This document shows, piece by piece, positions 37,241 to 51,436 of a stretch of 64,000 nucleotides of DNA. Both the position numbers and the translations under genes were made by a program. Positions within the stretch are counted from its first letter, which is position 1; every line of letters begins with the position of its first letter. A model generated the notes under the pieces. That model made no database searches. It was not told where the DNA came from and was given only the letters and a program-made list of their open reading frames with translations. Source of the DNA: Octopus vulgaris (lineage: Eukaryota); contig OX597837.1 in NCBI GenBank assembly GCA_951406725.2, forward strand, positions 26,536,001-26,600,000, read 5' to 3'.

Positions 37241-38344
37241 CGTAGGAGTGACTGTGTGACAAGAAGTTTGCTGCCTGGTCACTTGTCAAATAGATTTGGA
37301 CGATGGAAACTGAAAAAAGCCCGTCGTATATACGTGTTTGTGGGCCGGAGGGAGCTAGCTTCGTGCTTGTCCCAGACAACCGCTTGTTGACTTCCTTTCC
37401 ATCCCCGCAACTTAGAAGTTCGACGAAATTAACCGATAGAATATGTCGAATGACTGAGACAAGTAAATGTTTTTTTAGATATATCGTAGTAATATCTAAT
37501 GTAGTTGTGGTTTACGACCAGTCAGGACGTTACCATTGGTTTCACACTTTTTATACTCTTAGCAATATAGACGTCTCCCACTGCTAAGAACGCGAAGGCG
37601 CGAAAGCAATGGTGACTCCCTGACAGGCCATACCAGCCACATAGTTTCGGGTTCATTCACACTGCGTGGCACCTTAGAACCTAGGGTTGGATTCAAAATT
37701 CTACCAGGACACCTGATGAAGGCTGGAGAGTAAATCAGCCGAAATTTTGTGGTAGCAACAAACAAGATGAGGACAAATATCCGTCCAATGTAAAAAATGT
37801 AAATATTGTACAGAATTCCTCATCTCTAAAATATAGAACAATTTATGATTGTTTCAAAAATTCCATGTTGACTTAATCTTGCATTGTGTTTTTAAACGAC
37901 TCCACAATTAATGATGTAGTCATATCCGTTGTACAGATACCCCGTTCATAGAAATGATCCCTCGCAACTCTCTACAAAAAATAATATGCTGAAGTGTTTG
38001 TCTACCGCTTAAATATAGGACATTAATCAATGTTTATAGTGGACGGCACAGCGGTCACGTTTATAAACATGATTGAAGATAAGTCAAAATGAATTTGTAG
38101 AAATAATTGTAAACTATGAAACAAAAATAATAACGCAAACTCCACTTTTCAGTGCTTATTACTTCTGTAACCTCACAGAGGAAACATGACTCCTCCTTCA
38201 CTCCTCTCCACCCTTCATTTATGGTTTGAGAATAATTCTATAATTGTTGTAAACTGGAATGGAACTTACTCTCTTTCTGCTCACATCCATTCACCATTTA
38301 ATGCTACTTGCTTTGCATCTTTTAGAGAGATAGATTAGATATAA

Positions 38345-38741
38345 CTAGCAGTGTCGCCCGGCGTTGCTCGGGTTTGTAAGGGAAATAACTATATAAGCAT
38401 TTTTAGAGAGTTATAGCCAAAAAATAGCCAAAAAATGCATTAAAAATGGAAAAAAATTATGGTAAATTTTTTTTAAATCGTTGACTCATCGTAGACATTT
38501 TTAGAGAGTTACTTCCCTTATATAATAGCAACAAAAATGCATTAAAATGGAAAAAAATGATGGTAAATTTTTTTTTAAATCGTAGACTCATCGTAGACGC
38601 GCGCTAATACCCAGAAGGGCTCGATATGAATCACGACAATAAGATACCCGGTTTTGGTTAAACTGCACCGCAAAATGTGGGAGTAGTTAGGAATCTAAAT
38701 CGTAGGAGACAGACACACAACCTCTCTTTTATATATAAAGA
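38345..38741 (-). mobile_element. Non-autonomous Helitron
   Basis: TC start, CTAG end, internal tandem subrepeat. Confidence 0.75.
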
Positions 38742-39990
38742 TAAACTCAAAGAGCAACTAGAAAGTGAAAGTAGTATCTAACTTAGGATGTCTCATAGAT
38801 AGTGGTGGCAATAGTGTTGGAGGTGGTAGATGTGGTTATCATGGCAGTGGTGGTGTAGTGGTGACAGTGGATGTGTATGATGGCAGCAATTATAGTGTTG
38901 GTGTTTTTGTAGAGGTGGTGGTGGTGGTGGCGGCGGCAGTGGATGATAATGATAATGATGATGATAGTAGTAGTAGCATTGATTATGTTAGGATATCTCA
39001 TGGATGGTAGTGTTGAAGACATTGCAGAGTGTAGTGGTGGTGAAATTGGTGATTTTGAATATGATGCTGGTATTGATCTTGGGGTTGTGGTTGCAGAAGA
39101 TGGTTGTGGTGGTGGCATTGGAGGTTGTAGTAATGGTTGTAGTGGTGGTTGTGAAGATGATTCTGATATTGATAGTCTTTGCATTGAGGTGGTGGCAGAG
39201 TCAGAGTAAATAATGAGAGCCCAGGTAACACAAGATTCTTAAATTTCGGAGATCATAAGATAGAGAGCAAGAAGTTAAAAGTTCCAATACTGGCCCAATA
39301 CCTACACCCCAGATTCTTCAACTATTTTATAAGAAAGGGGTTAATGGCAGGATAGGGATTCAGCTTTAAAATAAATTGTATAACAAAAAATACATAAATA
39401 AATTACTGCTCCAACGATGTAATTTTAGTATGTGTGTATGTATGTATGTGTATGTATGTGTGTGTGTGTAAGCAATGCAAACAATGGAAAATAATTTAAA
39501 CACTCATTTTCTGATGTCTAAGGATGGATATTTATGCGTATGAATCTTTTTCTTTTTATATTCTTTCAAATATAATTCTAGGGAACTGAAAAAGCTGTGT
39601 ACGATGCCAAGCGAATTTAGCTATTTACGATGAACGGATGTTTACGTTACAAACGAATCTCTAGGTCTGTTTACATGTTTACGTTAACTACGTCACAAAA
39701 TAGCTGTTTACGTCACAGTAACAATATTTTGAGAGGCAGTAAATAATATGAGGTCGAAAGAAAGAATACCATTGGTTAAAATTCGAATTATTAAACAACG
39801 TTAAACTTAGAAATTACAATTCCGTTTTCATTTTGGTTTACAATTATATTTTCTTTTGACACATTCTACCAGTATACGAAGTTTCAAATTGTTTAGTTAA
39901 CTAGGAAAATCTGGCCTTCAAACTGAAAAGATCCGATCAAGCTACTTACCACACAGCCATACCTACGCCTATATATATATATATCTATCC

Positions 39991-40220
39991 AGGCGGCGAG
40001 CTGGCAGAAACGTTAGCACGCCGGGCGAAATGCGTAGCTGTATTTCGTCTGCCGTTACGGTCTGAGTTCAAATTTCGCCGAGGTCGACCTTGCCTTTCAT
40101 CCTTTCGGGGTCGATAAATTAAGTATCAGTTATGCACTGGGGTCGCTGTAATCGACTTAATCCGTTTGTCTGTCCTTGTTTGTCCCATTTGTGTTTAGCC
40201 CCTTGTGGGTAGTAAAGAAA
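39991..40220 (+). mobile_element. SINE family B, Tx1-type tail
   Basis: aggcggcgagctggcagaa..gagttcaaat head; tail tttagccccttgtgggtagtaaagaaa. Confidence 0.85.
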
Positions 40221-40237
40221 TATATATATCTATCTAT

Positions 40238-40277
<40 letters not shown>

Positions 40278-40342
40278 AGAAAGAGAAAGAGACACAGAGC
40301 GATAGATAAATAGATAAATATGTATATACATATACATACATA

Positions 40343-40391
<49 letters not shown>

Positions 40392-40517
40392 CTATACATA
40401 TATACATATATATACATACACATATATATACATATATACATATATATATACATATACATATATATACATATACATATATATACATATACATATATATACA
40501 TATACATACATACACAT

Positions 40518-40560
<43 letters not shown>

Positions 40561-40874
40561 CATACACACACATTTCCATACATACATACATACATACATA
40601 CATACATACATACATACATTCATACACATACACGCGCGCCCGCAAATGTATACGCGTGAGTTGGAATATGTATAAAGGAAAAGTGAGAGAAATTTTTAAA
40701 AAATTACATACACATATAAAAAACAACATAGCAAAAAGAAAAAGCAAAAAAGCAAAAAAAAAAATAAATAACCTCGAGTTCTTCGGGAATCGATTCATAC
40801 AGGAAAACGGAGGATGATGCCAGTTCTCTCTCACCTGAAAGTAGTTAATGGTGTGAAATTTATCTCTGCACTTC

Positions 40875-40931
<57 letters not shown>

Positions 40932-41149
40932 GTGCGCGCGCAGACATTTGATTTATTTTTTTAAGGAAAAAAAAAACTTTTTATACATTTGCATTAATTT
41001 CTTTTTTTTTTTTTTTTTTTTTTCCGAGGCTAAATCGACTTCGTCAAATGTTTGACGTTACAATCTTAAAAGTCTTTTCTCTAAAGGAAATACTACTTAG
41101 CCAGCGAGTGACTGCTCTGCCTAGCATAAATCTTCACCTATCCACTTAA

Positions 41150-41287
<138 letters not shown>

Positions 41288-41393
41288 CCTGTCTATCTAC
41301 CTGTCTATCTCTCCTCCCTACCGCCCTGCCTCTCTCTCTCTCTTTTTCTGTCTGTCTGTCTCTCTCTGTCTCTCTGTCTCTCTCCCTATATAG

Positions 41394-41440
<47 letters not shown>

Positions 41441-41517
41441 GACAGACAGACAGACAGAAAGACAGAGAGATAGGGAGGAAATAAGGAGAGAGATAGACTG
41501 GTAGCTAGATAGACAGG

Positions 41518-41592
<75 letters not shown>

Positions 41593-41635
41593 ATATAAAG
41601 AGGATAGGTTAAGATATATCTTAAAAGAGTATATA

Positions 41636-41679
<44 letters not shown>

Positions 41680-41965
41680 CTCTTTTACTCTTTTACTTGT
41701 TTCAGTCATTTGACTGCAGCCATGCTGGAGCACCGCCTTTAGTCGACCCCAAGACTTATTCTTTGGAAGCCTAGTACTTAATCTATCGGTGTCTTTTGCC
41801 GAACCGCTAAGTTACGGGGACGTAAATATACCACCATCGGTTGTCAAGCGATGTTGGGGATGGGGGAAAATACAGACACACAAACGTATACACATACATA
41901 CATATATAAATATATACATATATAGGACAGGCTTCTTTCAGTTTCCGTCTACCAAATCCACTCAT
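41680..41965 (-). mobile_element. SINE family A, head missing
   Basis: Colinear with 1366-1795. Confidence 0.8.
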
Positions 41966-42751
41966 TCGGTTGTGCAAATTTTTTGCACGGGAAACCTTCC
42001 CTGTGTGGCGTATTTCCCGATTTTGTAGAATTTGCTTTCGGCTTTCTTAGCCATTTCTGTTTTGGCGACTTCAAGCCATGAAGTCGTTGGTCTAAAAGAA
42101 GGTCGGTCTCCTTGACAACGCTTACGACGTTGATTTCCCTACCCTGCCTTCCCCACAGCTTCATGAAGGAGGGAAGACGGGGAGGAGCAACACAGGTGCA
42201 GGTGTGAGCATGGACGCCAACATCGCCACCACCATGACCACCGCCACCACCATGACCACCGCCACCGCCACCGCCACTGCCACTACCACCTCCGCCGTCG
42301 CTATTTCCACCACCACCACCATCATCATACTATACCTCTGCTCTCTCCTTTTGGCTACTAAATCTATTACCATATTTCACAAGTACCATCGCCATACAAT
42401 ATTGTCTTCAAGTTTGCCTTTTTATTACCTTCGAAAGTTTGTGTTTGGATAATATTTTTTATGTATTAGTTGTGCAACAACTAAAGCATTCGGTTGCGCA
42501 TCTTCTTTGCACGGGAAACCTGCCTTTGGGTGACGTGTTTCCCCATTTTGTAAATTCGTCTTCGGGCTTTCCTAGCCATTTTCTGTTTTGAGCATGGCGA
42601 CTTCAAAGCCATGAAGTCGTTGTCGAGAAGAACGGTGGTTTCCTTGACAACGCTTACGACGTTGATTTCCCTACCCTGCCTTCCCTACAGCTTCATGAAG
42701 GAGGGAGGAAGGGGGAGAAGCAACACAGGTGCAGGTGTGAGCATGGACGCC
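41963..42751. repeat. Two diverged ~260-bp direct repeats (41963-42218 and 42487-42751)
   Basis: Both run cattcggttg..gcacgggaaacc..cgacttca..tgaagtcg..gcaacacaggtgcaggtgtgagcatggacgcc. Confidence 0.85.
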
Positions 42752-43017
42752 GACACACGAAGAATTGGAAGAACCCAGACGACAGCTTCACATTCAAAGG
42801 ACAACTCTGCCACAAACACTACCACCATCACCACGACAACCAACACCACCACCACCACCACCACACCACCACCACCATCACCACCATCATCACCACCACC
42901 ACCACCATCATCACCACCATCACCACCATCACCACCACCACCATCATCATCACCACCACCACCACCACCACCACCACCACCACCACCATCATCATCACCA
43001 TCACCACCATCATCACC

Positions 43018-43255
43018 ATGTTTGCTTTAACTATTTCGTATAGTTCTTTGTCTAAAGCTGGATCAGGAAGCTCTGCAGAGATTATCTTGTCGATGTCATT
43101 GGAATTGATCTTCGCTGAGAGCCAAAGCAGGATATGAGCATGTGAAAGGTCCCTTTTTGCCACTCGACTGTGTACATGTCACATTGTATGGGCCCAAAGA
43201 CTTGCCCTATTTGTATGAGCTCCATGAGAGAGATTAACTTCAGATGAAAAACTCA
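43018..43255 (-). pseudogene. Helitron Rep (HUH) coding fragment
   Basis: Minus strand reads VFHLKL..VFG....YTVEWQK then, after a frameshift, RDLSHAHILLWL..DIDKIISAELPDP..LYEIV..NM; corresponds to Helitron Rep motif 2 (E.QKRGLPH.H). Confidence 0.85.
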
Positions 43256-43564
43256 GGCGTTGAGATTCCGGTTCGAATGTAAGGCAGGTTTGAAAGTGTT
43301 CCCAACAGTTATTAGTTGTAGTGGTAGAGTGTTTATGCCGAATGCATGTATATATATATATGTATGTATGCCTGTATATATGTACAAAATCCACTGAGAA
43401 GGCTTTTGTTGGTCTGAGGCTACAGCAGTAGACACATGCCAAGTCACCACACAGTGGGACTGAACCCAGGACCATGTGTTTGGAACGTAGTTTGTTACCA
43501 CACCGCGACACCTGCTCCTATGTATGTGTGTGTGTGTGCGCGTATATGTTTATGGGTAGATATA

Positions 43565-45524
43565 TTATGCATATATATATGTGTATATATATGTGTACAT
43601 ATTACATGTACATCTATATATAGACAGCTACACATAAATTACAAAATACAAAGTTATATCTTGATATCGCTAGTGATAACAATACTCAAAATATATAACA
43701 GACTGGAATTGTAGGCCCATCTCTTGCAATTTCGATCAATTGGATCTTTCCTCCCTCTTGTATAGAAGTGTACGGCTGCAGCAAAATTCATTTTTAGACT
43801 TTCTTCTATCGAAGGCATTTTAACAAAAATGCTTCCGTAAAGACGGTGAAAATATTGTCAATTTTCCCAAACTGGGAAACAATTAAATTTTTAAACAAAA
43901 ACCAAAGCCCCTTCTCCGTAAGGGAGAGGGCTACGGTTTACAGTTATTTAACAAATGCAACGCAACAACGTTTCCCTGACGAGGAAGCAACAAACGTGAT
44001 TACAATAGTCAAACAGTAATAATAACAACAAAACTTTTTAATGTATCCCCATTTATGTGGAACCACTTATTCAAGTTCAAGTCATTAATGCAATTTTATA
44101 CGAATTGCTAATACACACACACACATAATAAGGGTGAAAAATTGAATATTAATTTGATTAAAATGAATTGAAAACCAGTGGTGTAGCATATAGGACCACA
44201 GCGGATCTTCTTCTAGCAAAAAGGATGACCACTATTAATGGTTCATCCCTGTTATATAATACTTTCATTTTAATAGTTTCAGTATTAAAATGAAAGTGTC
44301 TGCATTACAATAGAGAGATGTTTTTGTTTCACTTTTAACACGTAATACTGAAATAGTGGAGAAGATATGATATTGCTGTGGGGTCACCTTAAGTAAGGCA
44401 TGTGTAAAATTTGAATGAAATTGGTTGTGTAGTTCTCATGTTTTAGGGAAACACACAGACAGACACACATTCTCAGTTTTATATATATACTAGCATTAAA
44501 GACCCGTCGTTGCCGGGTCATAGTGCTAGTGCATGTATATATGTATATATATATGTGTACATATTACATGTACATCTATATATATACATCTACACATAAA
44601 ATGCAAAATACAAAGTTATATCTTGATATCGCTAGTGATAACAATACTCAAAATATATAACAGACTGGAATTGTTAGCCCGTCTCTTGTAATTTCGATCA
44701 ATTGTATCTTGTCCTCCCTCTTATATAGAAGTGTGGCTACAATCCAGCCTACCTCTACTTCCGGGGGTGGGGGATGCATTTAAAATTTTTTTCCGGGACG
44801 TCCTACGTCCCAGATATAAAGGTAAAAATGAAATATTTCCACTTTGCAAGTTCGAGTCGAGTACTCCCTTGCACGCTCCGTTGACTCAAACCTTGCTTCT
44901 ATTGTGGCGAATTTACCGCCTCTGATTAGATACCTTTTATAGTCGCACCCAGACACTTTTCGAGGGTGCTTTCCTCCTTGTGTTCAAATCTTCTTTTTTC
45001 TCTACATTGTATACTTTATAGACAATAGTTTTTTCTTTAATTTAATTTTTTATTATCCATCTAGACTATTCCATTTCTGCACATTAATTTTATTTTTAAT
45101 TTATTCCCATTCATGTGAAACCACTTATTCAAGTTCAAATCATTGATGCAATTTTATACCAATTGCTATTTTTACTTTTGTCATGTTACTTTAGTTTGAT
45201 TTTAATTATTACTTACTACATATAATTCAATTGTTATTATTATTTTTATTGTTAAAGTGAAAGTATCTGACATAAAATAGAGAAACGTTTTTGTTTCACT
45301 TTTAACACGTAATACTGAAATAGTGGAGAAGATATGATATTGCTATGGGCTCGCTCTAGGCAAGAAGTTGAACATTTTTTTTTGCCCATGAAACTACATG
45401 GACCCTAAGTAAGGCATGTGTAAAATTTGAATGAAATTGGTTGTGTAGTTCTCAAGTTTTAGGGAAACACACAGACAGACAGACAGACAGACAGACACAC
45501 ATTCTCAGTTTTATATATATAAAG

Positions 45525-45525
<1 letters not shown>
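43565..45525 (-). mobile_element. Two head-to-tail non-autonomous Helitron-like elements (43565-44489 and 44490-45525)
   Basis: Shared 5' blocks and shared subterminal 3' blocks; CTAG plus gacccg/cgggtc hairpin at 44490-44530. Confidence 0.7.
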
Positions 45526-45600
<75 letters not shown>

Positions 45601-45671
45601 AGATACATATACATATATATATATACATATACATACATATATATATATATATATATACATATATTTATATT

Positions 45672-45741
<70 letters not shown>

Positions 45742-45983
45742 TCACACACACACACACATACATTATTAACACGAAATCTATAGATTTATTCTATAGTCCC
45801 ATCGTATTGTCACCATAATATACCTGCGTAATAAACGAATAATTTTCTAATGGAATTGGTTGCGAGGAATGAGTTTAATTATGCAAATCAGTTAATTATT
45901 CATATCGACTGCGACAGGATGAAAATCAAAGTCTATATCATTGGCATTGGAACTCAGAGCGTTAAAGGATAGAGAGGCATTCT

Positions 45984-46368
45984 GGAGGCGCAATGGCCCA
46001 GTGGTTAGGGTAGCGGACTCGCGGTCATAGGGTCGCGGTTTCGATTCCCAGACCGGGCGTTGTGAGTGTTTATTGAGCGAAAACACCTAAAAGCTCCACG
46101 ACACTCCGGCAGGGGTTGGTGGTGATCCCTGCTGTACTCTTTCACCACAACTTTCTCTCACTCTTACTTCCTGTTTCTGTTGTACCTGTATTTCAAGGGT
46201 CCGGCCTTGTCACTCTCTGTGTCACGCTGAACATCCCCGAGAACTACGTTAAGGGTGCACGTGTCTGTGGAGTGCTCAGCCACTTACACGTTAATTTCAC
46301 GAGCAGGCTGTTCCGTTGATTCGGATCAACCGGAACCCTCATCGTCGTAACCGACAGAGTGCTTCCAC
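45984..46368 (+). mobile_element. tRNA-derived SINE family C, full length
   Basis: tggcccagtggttagg (A box), ggtttcgattccc (B box); 13-bp TSD agagaggcattct at 45971-45983 and 46369-46381; partial copies at 51399 and 61779. Confidence 0.88.
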
Positions 46369-46974
46369 AGAGAGGCATTCTAGTCCCGTACACGAAACTC
46401 ACTCACAAGGCTTTGGTCTTCTGGGCCTATAATAGAAGACACTTGCTCATGGTGTGATGCAATGGGACTGAACCTGGAATCACACGCATAGGAATCGAAC
46501 TTCTTAACCGCACAGGCACGCCTGCAATCAACTGAGCTTATTAGTTATCTCCCTTGCTCGTTGTTTTTTAAATTTCAGGCAGCTGTATTTGGGAGTTTTT
46601 GATTGCTCATGGCTTGAATAAATTCAAACTCATTACTTACGTGAGACGTATTTACGTTTCGTGTTGAAGAGCTCTTCCCCGTCTCCGACACACATATCCC
46701 TACCCCGCTCCGCCTGAAATATGCCCCCCCCACTATCCTCCTTTACCTATAGTGTTGGGTCCGTGTACGTTGCTGGAATGTGAAGAGGTGCCGGCGAAGG
46801 TGGTAGGGGTGGGATTGGGGGTTGAGGGGTTGGGCGGTAATAAACAACATATGTTCCGGTTGAGAGAATTGAGATCGGAAAACAATGAACTGTTAGAACA
46901 CCGGTGAAAGTCACCTTCCGTCAGATTCTGGTAGCAAATATACTAAGGAAAATATTAACCGAATCTCGGCCGCC

Positions 46975-47100
46975 ATAACCACAACCGCCACCACCACCAG
47001 CGCCGCCATCACCACCATAACCACCACCACTACTACCACCACTATTACCACCACAATTAACACCACCACTACTACAACCACTATTACCACCAGCACCAGC

Positions 47101-47132
<32 letters not shown>

Positions 47133-47304
47133 CAACAACACCACTACTACTACTGCTACTACTACTACCGCCACCACCACTACTATCACAACTACTACCA
47201 ATACTACTACTACTACTACTACTACTACTACCAAGACTACTTCTATCAACACTACCACCACCAACACTACTACCACTATTACCACCACCAACAACAACAA
47301 CACT

Positions 47305-47335
<31 letters not shown>

Positions 47336-47745
47336 CTACCACCACCACCACTATTACTACTACTACTACTACCACCACCACTACCACTTCTATCACAACT
47401 ACTACCAACACTACTACTACTACCAAGACTACTTCTATCAACACCACCACCACCACCATAACCACCACCACCACCACCCACCACTACCACCACCACCAAC
47501 AAACAACACTACCACCACCACCACCACCACAACCACCACCACCACTACCACCACCACCACCACCACCACCACTACTACTACTACTACTACCGCCACTACC
47601 ACTTCTATCACAACTACTACCAACACTACTACTACTACCAAGACTACTTCTAGCAACACTACCACCACCACCACCACCACCAACTGCAACAGCAACATCA
47701 ACACCACCAGCACCAGTACCATTACTTCTATTACACTACTACTCA
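46975..47745. repeat. ACC/ACT/ACA low-complexity tract with higher-order subrepeats
   Basis: Recurrent accaagactacttctatcaac unit. Confidence 0.9.
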
Positions 47746-47885
47746 TGTAGTTTAATAGTCCTTCAAGGTCTGTGATGTAATTATTTATGCGTGAGTGCTT
47801 GAATGTGTGTGAATGAGCATGCGTTTGTATGTGTGTATGTGTATAAATGCATATGTGCGTATATGTGTATGTGTGCATGTGTGTG

Positions 47886-47921
<36 letters not shown>

Positions 47922-48609
47922 TGTGAGTAAATAGACCGGAGGGGCATATCAATAATATACTCGCTTATTAAATTCTAGGGAACATGGGAAAATTTGTAGT
48001 TTTCTTACCTTTTCCTACTTTCTTTTTTGCATACGTGTGTGTGTGTTTGTGTGTGTGTGTGTATGTGTGTGTGTGTGTTTGTGCGTGCGTGTGTGCGTAT
48101 GTATACCTTTGTGTGCATGTCTCCTCTCTTTTCCATATATATAATAACAATTTAATAAATAAAACATGCATATATACATACATATGTACATACCTACATC
48201 TATATGTATTTATACATGCATATATGGGTACAGGACACCACAAAAAAAAAAACGTAGAGCACAACGAGAAACGAAAACAAAAAACCCAACAAGGAAACGA
48301 ACTTTTTCTGACAACGAAAAAACAGAGTACAAGACAAACAATACAAGGAACATTCCCCTTCTTCAGCTGCCCCTGTTTCGACTCATTGCGTGCTTCGAAG
48401 GTGTCCATGTAAGAACTTATTGTGGACAAAGCTGCGTCGCGTTCGATTTTAAAGAAAGGGAGTAGTAAAAAACAGTCGACAACTGACGAGCGAGTTAAAT
48501 TGTTTTTGTATTTTGTCCTATATTTATCTCTTGTGTGTTTACGCAGTTTTCACTCGTTGGTGATGTCCTGTACTTCATGTGTATTTCATATATATATATA
48601 CTCTCTTTA

Positions 48610-48825
48610 CTCTTTCTCTTTTACTCTTTTACTTGTTTCAGTCATTTGACTGCGGCCATGCTGGAGCACCGCCTTTAGTCGAACAAATCGACCCCGGGAC
48701 TTATTCTTTGTAAGCCCAGTACTTATTCTATCGGTCTCTTTTTGCCGAACCGCTAAGTGACGGGGACGTAAAAACACCAGCATCGGTTGTCAAGCAATGC
48801 TAGGGGGACAAACACAGACACACAA

Positions 48826-48889
<64 letters not shown>

Positions 48890-49280
48890 GACAGGCTTCT
48901 TTCAGTTTCCGTCTATCAAATCCACTCACAAGGCATTGGTCGGCCCGGGGCTATAGCAGAAGACACTTGCCCAAGGTGCCACGCAGTGGGACTGTACCCG
49001 GAACCATGAGGTTGGTTAGCAAGCTACTTACCACACAGCCACTCCTGATATATATATATATATATATATCTTTTACTCTTTTACTTGTTTCAGGCATTTG
49101 ACTGCGGCCATGCTGGAGCAGCGCCTTTTTGTCGAGCAAATCAACCCCAGCACTTATTCTTTGTAAGCCCAGTACTTATTCTATCGGTCTCTTTCGCCAC
49201 ACCGCTAAGTTACGGGGACGTAAACATCCCCAGCATCGGTTGTCAAGCGATGTTGGAGGGACAAGCACAGACACACAAAC
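48610..49280 (-). mobile_element. SINE family A full copy (48610-49046) plus adjacent 3' half copy
   Basis: Colinear with other family A copies. Confidence 0.85.
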
Positions 49281-49536
49281 ACACACACACACACACATAT
49301 GTATAGTATATATATATTATATATCAACATGTGATCTCTTGAGCACCACCAGCAAAAATATTTTTCCCCTCTGTCTTCCCTTCTCGGGATCTTTCCTTCT
49401 CCTTTGTTTCCGACGAAGAGTTCCGCTCGAAACGTTAAACCCTCCTTCCTTTCTTTCCTGAGCGTCAAATAATACTTTAATTGTTCCACGTCCTCGCGTT
49501 GCTGTGTTTTTTTTTCTGTTTTCTTGTTTGGATTAA

Positions 49537-49590
<54 letters not shown>

Positions 49591-49892
49591 TACGACGGGT
49601 TTTCAGTTTCCGTCAACCAAATCCACTCACAAAGCTTTGGTCGGCTGTATGAGAGGTAAATAAATTTATTTGACCACTTGCTATCTTTATGATTACAGCC
49701 GTTTCGCAATCTTCATTATGTAATAACAATTTAAGTTGATAATAAAAGTTAAAGCATTAGTGTAACTGTGATGTTCCCTTGATCTGATGAACAAGCCTTT
49801 TTTTGTTTTTAATCTTCTTTTATTACAATTCTATTGTACAATGCATATTGTTACTGACACGTAAAATAATTTATTCTATGCTGAAATTTTAT

Positions 49893-49933
<41 letters not shown>

Positions 49934-50249
49934 TGAAATAGGGGTTGTGAGTGCAACCCACCATGGGATAACATGTATCCAATGTACTGCTAGTAAAGCA
50001 CCCAACAAAGTTAATACATAAATGTTAAGAATTGCGATGCAATTAATTCATTTATTGTATTATATGGGCAAAGGTAAAATGTTTTACCACAAATTAATAA
50101 TACAAAATAAGGAAAGGAGAAATACATCTTAATCAATAATCAACTACCAGATAATACCCAATTACATACTTTATTAAACCAAATTATGTGATTGGGTATT
50201 ATCTGGTAGTTGATTATTGATTAAGATGTATTTCTCCATTTCCTTATTT

Positions 50250-50299
<50 letters not shown>

Positions 50300-50309
50300 T
50301 ATACATATA

Positions 50310-50344
<35 letters not shown>

Positions 50345-50352
50345 TATACATA

Positions 50353-50424
<72 letters not shown>

Positions 50425-50444
50425 GATATATATATAATTTATAT

Positions 50445-50519
<75 letters not shown>

Positions 50520-50680
50520 CATATATACATGCATAACCGTACATTATAAAAGTGTCAAAACGTTTCGTCGCAGTCCTGCGTCCTCGACAATGATACACAT
50601 TCATTAGAAGTGTATTTGGTTTCGGGAAGAATTCACATACTGTCTTTCCATGAAAGCATCAGTAGCAAGCAGCAGCAGTG

Positions 50681-50739
<59 letters not shown>

Positions 50740-51436
50740 TGTTGTAGTAGTAGTAAATTTTTGAAAAGTCTAGTTATTTTTAAGTTTTTCTTTTTTCTTT
50801 TTCTTTTCTCTTTTTTTTTTTTTACAAGAGTAAGATTTTACGTCAGAGAAAGTGTGAATATTGGCAGAGAGCATCGCTTGTTTGGCAGAGATCAGTGAAG
50901 CGAGTGTATGGTGAGGTGTGGGTAGATGTTCTGCCAGACACTTTAGAAACACGAAACAACGCTCTAGTTGGAGATAATAAAACCTGTTGAAAGAAGAAGA
51001 AGAAGAAGAAGAAGAAGAAGAAGAAGAAGAAGAAGAAGAAGAAGAAGAAGAAGAAGAAGAAGAAGAAGAAGAAGAAGAGGGGAGGAAGCACAGCAGTAAC
51101 AGTAGCAGCAATGGGTCAAGTTCCAGTAACGGCCGTTTGTTAAACCGTCTTTATTGGTCAGGACTGATTGACTTCAAAAATTGAATACGCAGAACGAAGA
51201 AGTTATTGGCGAATTGGCTGACCCACCGAGGTCAACTTTGAATTTTGCCTTCCACTCCTGTGGGGGTTGATAAAAAAGATAAAGCAACAGTCATATACGT
51301 AGGTGGATGTAATCGATTTGCCCCCTCTTTTCTCTTCTCCGCAAAACTGTTGGTCTTGTGCCAAAATTTTTAAAAAATGCTACAACCAACAACAACAATG
51401 GAGGCACAGTGGCCCAGTGGTTTGGGCAGCGGACTC

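Noticed and set aside
45984-46055. Functional tRNA gene
   Set aside because: It is the head of a SINE with body, tail and TSD.
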